A stretch of DNA of 63,587 nucleotides, counting the filler, from Chiloscyllium plagiosum (lineage: Eukaryota), in NCBI RefSeq assembly GCF_004010195.1. It is 4 parts of one record of this genome, joined end to end, with 100 filler letters (N's around TTAATTAATTAA, not from the genome) between each part and the next. Parts side by side here need not be neighbours in the genome. Positions count along the whole stretch, not along the records: positions 1 to 27,538 come from NC_057713.1; 3 more parts are not named here. The stretch is one strand, 5' to 3'. This document shows, piece by piece, positions 1 through 12,794 of this stretch. Position numbers and translations under genes: made by a program. Under the pieces are notes generated by a model that saw only the letters and a program-made list of their open reading frames with translations, searched no databases and was not told the DNA's origin. Numbering within the stretch: the first letter of the stretch is position 1; the number at the start of each line of letters is the position of its first letter.

Positions 1-1130
1 ACACCTCTTCCCACCCTACCTCCTGCAAAAATGCCATCCCGTATTCCCAATTCCTTCGCCTCCACCGTATCTGCTCCCAGGAGGACCAGTTCCACCACAG
101 AACACACCATATGGTCTCCTTCTTTAGAGACTGCAATTTCCCTTCCCACATGGTTAAAGATGCCCTCCACCGCATCTTGTCCACATCCTGCACCTCCACC
201 CTCAGACTTTACCCCTTCAACTGTAACAAGGACAGAACACCCCTGGTGCTCACCTTCCACCCTACCAACCTTCGCATAAACCAAATCATCCACCGACATT
301 TTTGTCACCTCCAAACGGACTCCACCACAGGGATATATTTCCCTCCCCACCCCTTTCCGCCTTCCACAAAGACCGTTCCCTCCGTGACTACCTGGTCAGG
401 TCCTGGCACCTTCCCCTGCCACTGCCACTGCAGGAATTGCAAAACCTGCGCCCACACCTCCTCCCTCACCTCCATCCAAGGCCCTAAAGGAGCCTTCCAC
501 ATCCATCAAAGTTTTACCAGCACATCCACCAATATCATTTATTGTATCCGTTGCTCCCGATACAGTCTCCTCTACATTGGGGAGACTGGATGCCTCCTAG
601 CAGAGCGCTTTAGAGAACATCTCTGGGACACCTGCACCAATCAACCACACCTCCCTGTGGCCCACCATTTCAATTCCCCCTTCCACTCAGCCGAGGACAT
701 GGAGGTCCTGGGCCGCCTCCACCGCCGCTCCCTCACCACCCGAAGCCTGGAGGAAGTCCGCCTCATCTTCCGCCTCGGAATACTTCAACCCCAGGGCATC
801 AATGTGAACTTCAACAGTTTCCTCATTTCCCTTGCCCCCCCACCTCACCCCAGCTCCAAACTTCTAGCTCAGCAGTATCCCCATGACTTGTCCTACCTGC
901 CTATCTTCCTTCCCACCTATCCACTCTACCCTCCTCCCTGACCTATCACCTTCATCCACTCTCCTCTCACTTACCTCTCCACCATTCAGGCACTCTGCTT
1001 GTATTCCTGATGAAGGCTTTTGCCCAAAACCTTGATTTTCCTGCTCCTTAGATGCTGTCTGCACTGCTGTTCTTTTCCAGCATCACTCTAATCCAGAATC
1101 TGATTTCCAGCATCTGCGGTCATTGTTTTT
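1..1130 (+). mobile_element. Penelope-like element, 3' part (GIY-YIG endonuclease plus terminal repeat), degenerate
   Basis: ORF 111-941 has a Cys-rich linker CRNCKTC and the GIY-YIG motif NIIYCIRC..LLYIGET, followed by HFN..H and QPQGIN. It ends in the PLE terminus cctgatgaaggcttttgccc..ttttccagca. Confidence 0.85.
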
Positions 1131-1212
1131 ACGTAATTACAGACCAGTCAATTTAATTTGGAAAGGGATGACTCAATTAAGAATAGTCAACATGCATTTG
1201 TAAAGTTAAAAG

Positions 1213-1830
1213 TCAGAGAGTCATTGAGTCATACAGCACTGAAACAGATCCTTCAGTCCAACCAGTCCATGCCGAAGATAATCCCAAATTAAACTGGTCT
1301 CACCTGCCTGCTCCTGGCCCATATCCCTCCAAATGTCTTAAATGTTGTAATTATACAACATTGTAATGTTACCTACAACCACCATGCGAACCACACTGTA
1401 AAAACAATTTGCCCCTCATGTTTATTAATTCTCTCTCCTCTCACCTTAAAAATGTGTCCCCTAGGCTTGAAATCCCCCATCCTTGGGAAAAGACAACTAC
1501 CATTAACTTCGGCTATACCCCTCATTATTTTACAAACTTCTATCAGGTCTCCTCTCAACCTCCTAAGCTCCACTGGAAAAAGTCCCAGCCTTTCCTTATA
1601 ACTCAAACCTTCCATACCTGGCAACATCCTGGTAAATCTCTTTTGAACCTCTCCAGCTTCTTAATATCATTCCTATAACTGGGCAACCAGAACTGGACAC
1701 AGTATTCCAGAAGAGGCCTCACCAATGTTCTGTACAACCTCAACGAGACTTACCAACTCCTATACTCAAAGGACTCAGCAATAAATGCAAGTGTGCCAAA
1801 CATCTTTTTAACCACCCTGTCTACTTAAAG
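1213..1830 (-). mobile_element. CR1/HER1-type LINE 3' fragment
   Basis: Minus-strand RT C-terminus (LRRLRGDLIEVCKIMRG) and the CR1 3' tail. Confidence 0.85.
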
Positions 1831-2212
1831 TGTTTGACTAATTGCATTTTTTGATTAAATAACAAAAAGTTAACAAAGGGAATGCAATGGTTGTTGTCTT
1901 TGTAGATTTAAAGAAAATGTTTGACAAAGTACCAAATAAAAGGCTGATTAACAAAACTGATGCTCATGGAGTGGGAGTGTGCGCTCCATCTTGGAACGAA
2001 ATTAATATTTATAGACCATAGTCTACAGATATTCTGACCTCTGTATTAGAGTATGTTCAGTTGGTGGAAGAATCTTTTAGCACATCCCAATAGAAGAAGC
2101 ATGAGCAAATTTTGTGTCATCAATATGTCCATTAAGTGTAACAAAAACGTGCCACAGGAAATAAATATACACATCCTTTTCTTTAAATATTACGGGTAAA
2201 TGGCTAGATTAC

Positions 2213-2418
2213 CTAAACAATGGTCGAAGCATGGATACATCCAAAGCCTGACGATCTTCAGGGCAATTATGATTCTGCACGAGCCAGCCATGAATGCAAG
2301 TAGTACAGAAGGCATGTTCACACGGAGCCTGTAAAGGATTCTCCAACACATCTCGACAGATGCAACACAGCAATCCTTCATTTACATAGCCTACAAATCG
2401 ATCAATGTCATATCCCAT
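2213..2418 (-). CDS. rnf41l: First coding exon of an RNF41/NRDP1-like RING E3 ligase (rnf41-like paralogue); later exons are not seen and probably lie left of the window
   Basis: MGYDIDRFVGYVNEGLLCCICRDVLENPLQAPCEHAFCTTCIHGWL..CPEDR is a C3HC4 RING aligning with the RNF41 N-terminus (MGYDVTRF..ICPIC..VLEEPVQAP.CEHAFC). Acceptor tcttatttctttttgaaaatag at 2440/2439; donor AG|GTAA after 2213 (phase 2). Confidence 0.85.
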
Positions 2419-3224
2419 TGTATTACTATATGCTGTACCTATTTTCAAAAAGAAAATAAGATGTTAAAGTTTAAAAATAAATTACCTGACGCAATATAAT
2501 TTTTGTGTTAATACCGAATAAAGACATTGTTCTTACTTCCTAACTAATTGATAAACATTACAAGTTTGATGTCTACAACACCTCAGACATATTTGGCATG
2601 ATGACACCAAACTTTGATTTATTGATCGAAGTGATTTCCTGAGATATTTAGGTATTGAAGATACCAGATTTGAAATCAGTGCTTAAATTGTTGACCTTAA
2701 CTAGGAACGCAGCAAAAGCACCGAAATTGGTTACAGTTTCCCCCAGGTTAGAAAAGAAAATGGGCTTCAGTTCCCACTCCGAATCTGTATTCAGTAACCT
2801 CCAGCAGAAATGTATGTATAGACATAGATAGTGGACAAGTAGCTATATTAAACCAGTGTGATAGCATCTAAGTAATACAGCTTATTGATGCATAAATCAT
2901 GTAGCAGACTCTGATGATGAAGAAACCCTGCGACTTATAAGCTGTTTCAAGTCACTGGTTGACTTACTTTCACTATTCGCTGAATGAAATGCACTTCACT
3001 TAATGTTCCAATGATTTTCATGACATGAAATATAAATACTTCAAAACAATTACCAAGATGATTAAATAAATATCTCGTCCACATCAGGTTTTTATCAATA
3101 TGATCTATCAACCCAGTTTCCTTAATGAACACAATTACTAATTTATTCAAACAAAACCTATTCAATGAAAATGCAATAACTGATTAACATATGCACTTAA
3201 TCTTCAGTAACAGAGAGAAAAACA

Positions 3225-3890
3225 GACCTGGACTTATACACATAATGGTAAGATCCTAGGGAGTATCGCTGAAAAGAGACATCTCGGAGTACAGATTCAT
3301 AGCTCTTGAAATTAGAGTCGCAAGTAGATAGGATAGTGAAGGAGGTGTTTGGTATGCTTTCCTTTATTGGTCAGAGTATTGAGTATAGGAGTTGGGAGGT
3401 CATGTTGCGGCTGTACAGGACATGGGTTAGGCCATTTTTGGAATATTGTGTGCAATTCTCATCTCCTTCCTCTTGGAAAGACGTTGTGAAACTTGAAAGG
3501 GTTCAGAAAAGATTAAGGATGTTGCCAGGGTTGGAGGATTTGAGCTATAGGGAGAGGCTGAATAGGCTGGGGCTGTTTTCCCTGGTGTATTGGAAGCTGA
3601 GGGGTGACCTTATAGAGGTTTATAAAATCACGAGGGGCATAGATAGGATAAATAGATAAAGCCTTTTTTCTGGGGTGAGGGAGTCCAGAACTAGAAGGCA
3701 TNNNNNNNNNNNNTATGGAATGAGCTGCCAGAGGAAGTGGTGGAGGCTGGCACAATTGCAGCATTTAAAAGGCATCTGGATGGATCTATCAATAGGAAGG
3801 GTTTAGAGGGGTATGGGCAAATAGTACTAGATTAGGTTAGGATATCTGGTCAGCATGGATGAATTGGACCTAAGGGTCTGTTTCCATAAT
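3225..3890 (+). mobile_element. CR1/HER1 LINE 3' fragment
   Basis: LEYCVQF..LERVQKR..LRGDLIEVYKI and the 3' tail. Confidence 0.9.
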
Positions 3891-3894
3891 CTAC

Positions 3895-4455
3895 AACATT
3901 CATGCCATGCAAGTGCCAGGCAATGACCATTTCCACAAAAAGATAATCTAATCATTAACCCTGATAATCAATAGCATTACCATTGGAATCTCCCATTATC
4001 AATATCGTGAGATTTATCATTCATCAGAAACTGAACTCAAATGGCCATATAAATACTGTGGCGACGAAAGCAGGTCAGGTGCTAGGTCCTTGACATCTCA
4101 AAGCCTGTGATCATCTAGATAGTACAAGTCAGGAATGTGACGGATATTCCTTAGAAACTTGACAACCTCTAGAACAAAGCAGCCTCCTTGATTGACACCA
4201 CATCCACAAACATTCACTCCCTTCAGCACTGATGCTCGGTGGTAAATGTGTGTACTTCCTACAAGATGCACTAAAGAAATTCACCAAGGGTCCTCAAGAC
4301 AGTACCTTCTAACTCCACAATCACTCCACTCCATAAGGGCAGCCAATACACAAAATACTACTACATGCAAGGTCCCCACCAAGCCACACATCACCCTGGC
4401 TTGGAAACATATCACTTTTCCTTCAATTTCCCAGCATCAAAATTGTGGAACTCCA
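3895..4455 (+). mobile_element. Older LINE 3' fragment (CR1/L2-like family)
   Basis: Similar to the minus-strand copy at about 18790-20190 and the plus-strand copy at about 55240-56050. Confidence 0.6.
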
Positions 4456-5217
4456 TCTCCTTCATGCCCCACAATCCTTAGATATGTGTATTCCTCTAAT
4501 CCTAGTCACTTGCACACCCGAACTTTAAATCGGTGGTCGTGACTTCAGGTACTTAAGCCCCCTGATCTGAATACCCACCTTACACTTTTCTGTTTCACTT
4601 TCCTCCTTTAAGAAATTAAAGACCAAGTTTTTGGTGACATAACAGTTCCTTAAATAACTCGTGCAATACCTCTATGAAACGCCTCAAGACATTAAAGGAA
4701 AAACACTGGTAGCCACTGCCACACCTATAACTTTCTCCTCCTCCTTCTCCTCTAATAAGATGTCAAGGACATGAAACGTTAACCGTTTTCCTCCATGGAC
4801 CGATGCTGTCTGACCTGTTGATTACGTGCAACATTTCTGCTTTTATTTCAGATTTCCAAGATAACTTCGGTGTTTCACCTTTTGATGGAACGTGAAGTCA
4901 GTCTGTAATTAATGAGGAATTCCTGAGAAATGCCTTCACTCGGTATCACATGGGGGTGGCTGAGGCGAACGTCAAAAGTGAATTTAACGGGAATGAAAAT
5001 AAACCCATGCAGCAGCAAAGAAATAGAAGGAATAATGTTACAGGGGAGAGGTGGAGGAGGTGGGGATGGGTGTGGTGCAGAGCGTAAACAGCCACCTTTA
5101 ATTTACTGGACCCGCTGGCATATTCCTGTGATGTCAATCCAAAAGATTTAATCGGTATTTGTGCTTTAATAAACTGATCAAACAACAATATCGATTCTAT
5201 CCATATAAAAGCAGTAC

Positions 5218-5380
5218 CTCTCTCCCGCTCCGCTCAATCCTCTCCAACTTCACTTAGCAACCGTTACCGTAAAATGTCGCAAACCAGACGCCGGCTGAAG
5301 TTTACGCCTCTCGTTGCCAATGGTAACCAGAGCGGAAATCAGCGACTGCCGCTAAATAATTTGTCGTTCGGCGTTTTAAA
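5218..5380 (-). promoter_or_regulatory. Probable promoter and non-coding first exon of the rnf41-like gene
   Basis: CpG-enriched unique patch with an RFX X-box GTTGCCAATGGTAAC (5313-5327) and an ETS-like CGGAAA. Candidate donor GAG|GTACTG at 5218/5217. Confidence 0.6.
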
Positions 5381-5563
5381 ATGTACCCTCTATTTATCAG
5401 CGACAAATTGAAAATATTAGTTTGGACTGGGATCGGTTTCAGGGAAAGTTGACAAAAAGACAGTCCTAATTTCGATACTGTTAGACAAACGTGAATGAAG
5501 GCAGATGTCACACCTGACAGTTGGGTTTGTATTTGAAACAAAGTGGGCTTTATGATTTCTTCT

Positions 5564-5860
5564 TAGAATCCCTACAGTGTGGAAACAGGCCATTCGGCCC
5601 ACCGAGGCCACACTGACCGTCCAAAGAGCATCTTGTCCTCATAACCCAGCATTTCCGATGCATCCCACCTCGCCTGCACAACTCTGGACACTATGGGTAA
5701 TTTAGTATGGCCAATCCACCTAACCTTCACATTTTTGGACTGTGGGAGGAAATCCACACAGATACCAGGAACATGTGCAAAGTCCACATGATCCCTCTAG
5801 GGTTGAATTGAACCCGGGTTCCTGGCATTGTGAGGCAGCAGTGCTAACCACTGAGCCACC
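5564..5860 (-). mobile_element. HE1-type tRNA-derived SINE
   Basis: Box A GGTGGCTCAGTGGTTAGC, box B GGGTTCAATTC, and a HER1-like 3' tail GGCCTGTTTCCACACTGTAG. Confidence 0.9.
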
Positions 5861-5877
5861 TTTTTTTCTGTATTTGT

Positions 5878-6070
5878 AGTCATAGAGATGTACAGCACGG
5901 AAACAGACCCTTCGGTCCAACTCATCCACGCCGAACAGATATCCCAACCTAATCCAGTCCCATTTGCCAACTCTTGGCCCATATCCCTCTAAACTCTTCC
6001 CATTCATATACCCATGCAGATGCCTTTTAAATGTTGCAATTGTACCAACCTCCACCACTTCCTCTGGCAG
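5878..6070 (-). mobile_element. CR1/HER1 3' end
   Basis: VVEVGTIATFKRHLHGYM plus tail. Confidence 0.9.
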
Positions 6071-7139
6071 TTAAACATAAATTTGATAAAATAGATATAT
6101 GAAATAATTACATTCAACAAAAATAATCCTTACAACTGTACAGGGCAGCGATATTACAGCATCTACTAATCCAATTAATAAGACTATAACCTGGCGCTGT
6201 GTGATTTTTAACTTTGTACACCCCTGTCCAACACCGGCATCTCCAAATCATAATTAATAAGATCTCAGACATCTTTTTCTCCCTGAATCACACAGAACAG
6301 TCACTGAGCAGCACTTCAGAATTCTGGTTAACTTCTTTCTTATGCTGCCTCTCTTGAGATTTTCAGTGAGTAAGAGTAAGATCTAAATGGAAAACCTTTA
6401 TATAATTTATATATTAATTTATATAACACCTTAAAAAAATGACTACAAGCATGTTAGTGTAGGCCAAAGAGTGAGGTAGAGAAGGCTTGACTGAAGACCT
6501 GCTATTTCAAGCAGATTATTTTAAAAAATGAAATAGGTGAAATTCTAAACTAGGTGTAAAGCATCTGCAAACTTCAGAAAGAGTGGAGGGACAGTAGAAA
6601 ATGAAATTACATAAAAAGCCAAAAGGTGGATGGTTGGGTTACAGAAGTCTAATGAGGCAGGGTCATAAACGAGTTAAATATGAGCTCAAGGATTTGAAAT
6701 TTAACATATTTGGAAATGAGTAATGAGTGAGTCAAACTTATTTTGCAAGAGAACATTTGCACATGCTGTTCATTGGAACAGGAATAGGCCATTCAACCCC
6801 TCAAGCCTATTCCACTATTCAAAGAGATCATGGCTGATCTGTGGTCTAATTCCATATCTTTGGATCTTTGGCCCATCTCCTTAAATGCCTTTCCTTAAAA
6901 ATTAATCTATCTAAAATTTAAAAAGATTTAAAATTAACAACTGATCTAGTAACGAATGCAGTTTGTGCAAGAGAATTCTAAACCTCTATCATCCTTTATG
7001 TGTAGAAGTGCTTCCTAACATCTCTCCTCAACAGTCTGACCCAATGTTTAGACTATGACCCTAGTTCTAGAATTCTTAACTGATGGACATAGTTTATCTT
7101 TATCTACCTTTTCTGTCCTTTTCTGTTAATATGTTGAAT

Positions 7140-8066
7140 GTTAGTAAGTTTGCAGATGACACCAAAATTGGAGGTGTAGTGGACAACGAAGAGGGTTACC
7201 TCAGATTACAACAGGATCTGGACTAGATGGGCCAATGGGCTGAGAAGTGGCAGATGGAGTTTAATTCAGATAAACGCGAGGTGCTGCATTTTGGGAAAGC
7301 AAATCTTAGCAGGACATATACACTTAATGGTAAGATCCTAGGGAGTGTTGCTGAACAAAGAGACCTTGGAGTGCAGGTTCATAGATCCTTGAAAGTGGAG
7401 TCGCAGGTAGATAGGGTAGTGAAGAAGGCGTTTGGTATGCTTTCCTTTATTGGTCAGAGTATTGAGTACAGGAGTTGCGAGGTCACGTAGCGGTTGTACA
7501 GGACATTGGTTAGGCCACTGTTGGAATATTGTGTGCAATTCTGGTCTCCTTCCTTTCGGAAAGATGTTGTGAAACTTGAAAGGGTTTAGAAAAGATTTAC
7601 AAGGATGTTGCCATGGTTGGAGGATCTGAGCTACAGGGAGAGGCTGAGCAGGGTGGGGCTGTTTTCCCTGGAGCGTCGGAGGGGTGACCTTATAGAGGTT
7701 AACAAAATTATGAGAGGCATAGATAGAATCAATAGGCAAAGTCTTTTCCCTGTGGTTGGGGAGTCCAGAACTAGAGGGCATAGGTTTAGAGTGAGAGGGG
7801 AAAGATATAAACGAGACCTAAGGGGCAACTTTATCACGCAGAGGGTGGTACGTGTATGGAATGAGCTGCCAGAGGATGTGGTGGAGGCTGGTACAATTGC
7901 AACACTTAAGAGGCATTTGGATGGGTATATGAATAGGAAGGGTTTGGAGGGATATGGTCCGGGTGCTGGCAGATGGGACTAGATTGGGTTGGAATATCTG
8001 GTCCGCATGTACAGGTTGGACCGAAGGGTCTGTTTCCATGCTATACATCTCTATGACTCTATGACT
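7140..8066 (+). mobile_element. Young CR1/HER1 LINE, 5'-truncated
   Basis: KFADDTK through the RT C-terminus; (ctatgact)n tail. Confidence 0.92.
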
Positions 8067-8847
8067 TTGATCAAACCCCTTCAATCTTCTAAATTCCAGA
8101 GAAAATTGGCTGAATTTGTACAATTCCTCCACGTAACCTAACCTGTGAACTCCAGGTAAAATTGTCATTCATTTTATTCCCTCCAAAGTTAGTTTATCCT
8201 TCCTAAGATATGGTGCCCAAATCTGCTCACAGTACTCCAAATGGAGTCTAACCAGGATTTTATTTTGCGACTTAACTTCTATGTCCTTATAATCCTGTCC
8301 TCTAGATATAAAGGCCAGTAACCCATTAGCCTTCTTGATTATGTTCTGCACTTGTTTGTGGTATTTTAAATATTTATGCACCTTGATCCCCAAGTCTAAT
8401 TGGACATCCACTGTATTTAACTTTGTACCATTTAGAAAGCACCCTGAACTATCCCTTTTCAGTCCAAAATAGATAACGTGACACTTGCTTACATTGAACT
8501 ACATCTGCTATAGTTTTGCCCATTCGCCTACTCTATATCTGTTTGTAATTTTATGCTCTACAGTGTCACCTAACTTTATCTCATTATAAAATTTGGATGT
8601 ATGACTTCCTATAACATAATGCAAATTGTTAATAAATAATGTGAATGATTAAGGTCCTAACACAGATCCTTGTAAAATACCACTGGTCACATCCTATCCT
8701 GCCATTTTGAGTGCCTATCCATTATCCCTACTTCCTGTCATCTGCAAATTTACCTTCAAATCTATGGGCTTCTATCTTAGTTAACAGTCTCTTGTGTGAG
8801 GCTTTATAAAATGCCTTCTGGGAGACAGTATAAACAACAGCTATAGA

Positions 8848-9104
8848 AGTTTGGATGTAGTTTTGCTTGCTGAGCTGGAAATTTCATTTCCAGACATTTC
8901 GTCCCCCTGCGAGGTAACATCACCAACCCAACGAAACCCAAACATATAATAGAAAGCAGGAATTATCAGCAGTGCTTCATCTGAGGCTCACCGAAGATGT
9001 TACCAAGTAGGGTGATGAAAAGTCTGGAAATGAACCTTGCAGCTCAGCGAGCAAACCTATATCCAAAACCCCAACCTGAGCTACAAATCTTCTCAAAACT
9101 CGCT
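8848..9104. mobile_element. Short PLE-derived element with inverted terminal halves
   Basis: About 8850-8921 is the reverse complement of about 8996-9068. Degenerate hammerhead core ccgaaga-tgttacc..ggtgat-gaaa; imperfect TSD aacagctataga/aacatccataga. Confidence 0.65.
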
Positions 9105-10357
9105 AACATCCATAGACATTCCCCTAACCAATACTTTAGTCACCTCGTCAAAAAATTCAATGATGCTTGTCAGGCATGATGTATGTGTGATGTATCCATG
9201 CCGTTGATGGAGAAGTGAGACCCTCAGAGTGTTGAAATAATTACATTCAATGTTATTGAAGGCACATACAGGGGACTCAGTAAAATGGCTGACATAGGCA
9301 ATAGGACATTGGTTAGGCCACTGTTGGAATATTGTGTGCAATTCTGGTCTCCTTCCTTTCGGAAAGATGTTGTGAAACTTGAAAGGGTTTAGAAAAGATT
9401 TACAAGGATGTTGCCAGGGTTGGAGGATCTGAGCTACAGTTAGAGGCAATTTGGAGTCTGAAATTTAGCTCAGTGTTAAACAGTAAGACAAGGCTGTGAA
9501 CTGTCTGTTTGAAATGGAGGCAAGAGTAGTTTACAGAGTGCAAGGTGAGAAAAAAATTCACAGCAATTAGGTAGGGTTTGGAATGTGCTGCTCAATTGAG
9601 GTATTCAGGGATGCATTGGATGGTTTCTCAATAGAGGTGCGTAGGATTATGAGAGACCTCTGAAATGATAAAAATGCATTTATGTTCTTCCTTAAATGAG
9701 GAGTTCAGTACTATACACAATACTCCAGGTGTGGTCTCACTAGTGCCCTGTAAAACTGATGCATAACCTCCCTACTTTTGTAGTCAATACTTATAATAAA
9801 CCATAACATTCTATTCGCTTTCCTAATTATTTGCTGTAACCACAGGCTAAATGTTTGCAACTAATGTGCTAGAATAGCCACAACTCTTGCAATTCATACA
9901 CTCAGACACTGAAATCCCTCACATCCCTGAGCTCTGCAGTTTCTCACATTTAGATAACATACAGTTTTATTTCTCCTGCCAAAATGGTCAATCTTTCAGT
10001 TTTTTTCTCAAATTACACTCTACCAGATCTTTGTTCACTGACCTAACCTATGTCCCTTTGTATGTTTTTTATGCCCGCTTCACAACTGACATTCCTAACT
10101 ATCTTTGTGTGATCAGCAATTGTAGCAATGTACCTTTAGTCTCTTCAAATGATTTATAATAATTGAAAAAATGTTGAAGCTCCAGGAAAAGATGCATTTA
10201 TGATTACTATATCCTGTTAGCTAGCCATGCAGATATGTTACCCCTCCCCGACACTGTGAACTTTTACTTTCCATAATAACCTTTCACGTGACACTTTCCA
10301 GAAGGTTTACTAGAAATATATGTATTCTGGTTCCTCTTCATTCACAGCATGTTAATT

Positions 10358-11727
10358 ATAGAGTCATACAGATGTACAACACGGAAACAGACCCTTCATA
10401 CCGATCAGTTATCCTAAATAAATGTAGCCCCATTTGACAGTATTTGGCCCATATCCATCTAAATTCTTCCCATTCATATACCCATCCAGATGCCTTTTAA
10501 ATGTTATAATTGTACCAGCCTTCACCACTTCCTCTGGTAGCTTATTCCTTACACACAACAGTCTACGTGAAAAAGTTGCCCCTTAGGTCCCTATTAAATC
10601 TTTTTTCTCTTACCTTAAACCTATGTCCTCTAGTTTTGGACTCCCCCAACCCTAGGGAAGATACCTTGTCTATTTATCCTATTCATGCCACTCATGATTT
10701 CATAAACTTCTATAAGGTCACCCCTCAGCCTCCAACATTCCAGGGTAAATAGCTCCAGTCTATTCAACCTCTTCCTATAGCTCAAACCCTCCAACCCTGG
10801 TAACATCCTTGTATATCGTTTATGAACCCTTTAAAGTTTCACAACATGCTTGAAAGTGGAGTTGCAGGTAGATAGGATAGTGAAGAAGGCGTTTGGTATG
10901 CTTTCCTTTATTGGTCAAGGAGTTGGGAGGTGATGTTGTGGCTGTACAGGACATTGGTTAGGCCACTTTTGGAATATTATGTGTACTTGGTCTCACTTGG
11001 AGGATTTGAGCTATAGGTAGAGGCTGAATAGCCTGGGGCTGTTTTCCCTGGAGTGTCGGAGGCTGAGGGGTGACCTTATGGAGCTTTATAAAATCATAAA
11101 GGGCATGGAGAGGGTAAACAGACAAGGTCTTTTCCCTGATGTGCGGGGAGTTCAGAACTAGAGGACGTAGGTTTAAGATAAGAGGGAAGAGATTTAAAAG
11201 GGACCAAAGGGGTAACATTTTCAGCAAGAGAGTGGTGTGTGAGTGGAATGAGCTGCCAGAGGAAGCAGTGGAGGCTGGTACAATTACAACATTTAAAAGG
11301 CATCTAGATGGGTAAATGAATAGCAAAGGTTTAGAGGGATTTGGACCTAGTGCTGATAGATGGGACTGGATTAATTTAGGATATCTGGTTGGGATGGACG
11401 AGTTGGACTGAAGGGTCTGTTTCTGTGCTGTACTCTATCCTTCCTATAGCAGAGAGATCAGAATTGCATGCAATATTCCAAAACTGGCCTAACCAATGTC
11501 CTAAGCAGCCGCAACATGATCTCCCTATTCCTATACGCAATGCACTGACTAATCAAGGCAAGCATACCAAATGTCTTCTTCACTGTCCTATCGACCTGCG
11601 ACTCACTACCAAGGAACTACAAATTGCAGTCTAAGGTCTCTTTGTTCAGCAACACTCCCCAGGTTCTTACCATCAAGTGTATAAGTCCTGCTTTGATTTG
11701 TCTTTCCAAAATGCAACACCTCACATT
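10358..11727 (-). mobile_element. Minus-strand CR1 with an oppositely oriented CR1 (about 10848-11432, +) nested inside it
   Basis: The minus element breaks at cacaacat (10847) and resumes at ccttcctatag (about 11439). Confidence 0.85.
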
Positions 11728-12794
11728 TCTTCAAAGGACTCCAATAAATTGGTTAAACATGACTTTCTTTTCACAAAACTACTTTGATTGCCTTGAAATT
11801 TTTATAAGTGATCCTGTATAATGTCTTTAATAATTTTTTGCTTTGGAGTTACTTTTTCTATTGTGTTGCTGTTGTGGCATAAATATCTCTTTAAGAAGGC
11901 GTATAATTACATTAGAAGCAGTTTAGAGAAGATTCGCGGAACCATTTCCTGGGTTGATGGAATTATTTTATGATGTAAGGCTGATCAGGTTGGGTTTTTA
12001 ATAATTGAGGTTTTGAATAAGAAGTGAAATGCATAAGAATCTTGAGGGAACTCTAACAGGAAGGATAGTTCCCCTTGTGGGAGACTAACAGACATATTTT
12101 AAAATTGGGGTCTCCCATTAAAGTTTAAAATAAAGATGATTTTCTTCTCTGAGCAAATGTTTGTTCTCTTCCTTAGCAGTGGAGGCAAGGAATTGAACAT
12201 ATTCAAAGTTAAATTAGATAGGTTTTTAATTATGCCATAAATGGCTTGGAGACCATCTAGGAAAGTGGAGCTGAGGCCACAATCAGATCAGCCATGTTCT
12301 TACTGAATAATGTACTCCTGCTCCTAATTCTTGTGTTCTTGTGTATTTCTACATTGAATAAATCAGTTTTCAAAGTCTGATTGTGGCCGTAGGCATTTAT
12401 TAGGTTATCATTTTTGAGAGTTTCATACTAGAACTTTAACGGAAGATCCACATTTTCGGAATGTAATTCATGGTCATCCAGCTCACAAAAGATTTTCTTT
12501 CTGATTTTATGTCTTGTAGGAAGAAATAATAACAAAGGATATATCGTGTTTCCTCCTAGTGAGGACATGCTCTTTACCTACATAGCCACTTAAAAAATTC
12601 TAGTTTTATAGTATTCAGGCTCTTAAAAACGTTGGAAGATAGTTACACTCTGAAATTTACAACTTCTTTCTTCTATTTCTTACAATAGTTATTGGAATTG
12701 CAGTCTTCCTTCTGATGGTTTTTTACTTCTAGTTTCCAAATTTCATCTTCAGGCAACCATTCTCTGCTACACTATTGTATTCCATAAAGTCAGT

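Larger units (their letters stand above)
6775..9200 (-). mobile_element. Old CR1 LINE interrupted by a younger CR1 (7140-8066) and a PLE remnant (8848-9104)
   Basis: Minus-strand LVRLHLEYCEQIWAPY at 8169-8411 and SCLTSIIEFFDEVT near 9130-9180; 3' tail near 6780. Confidence 0.75.
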
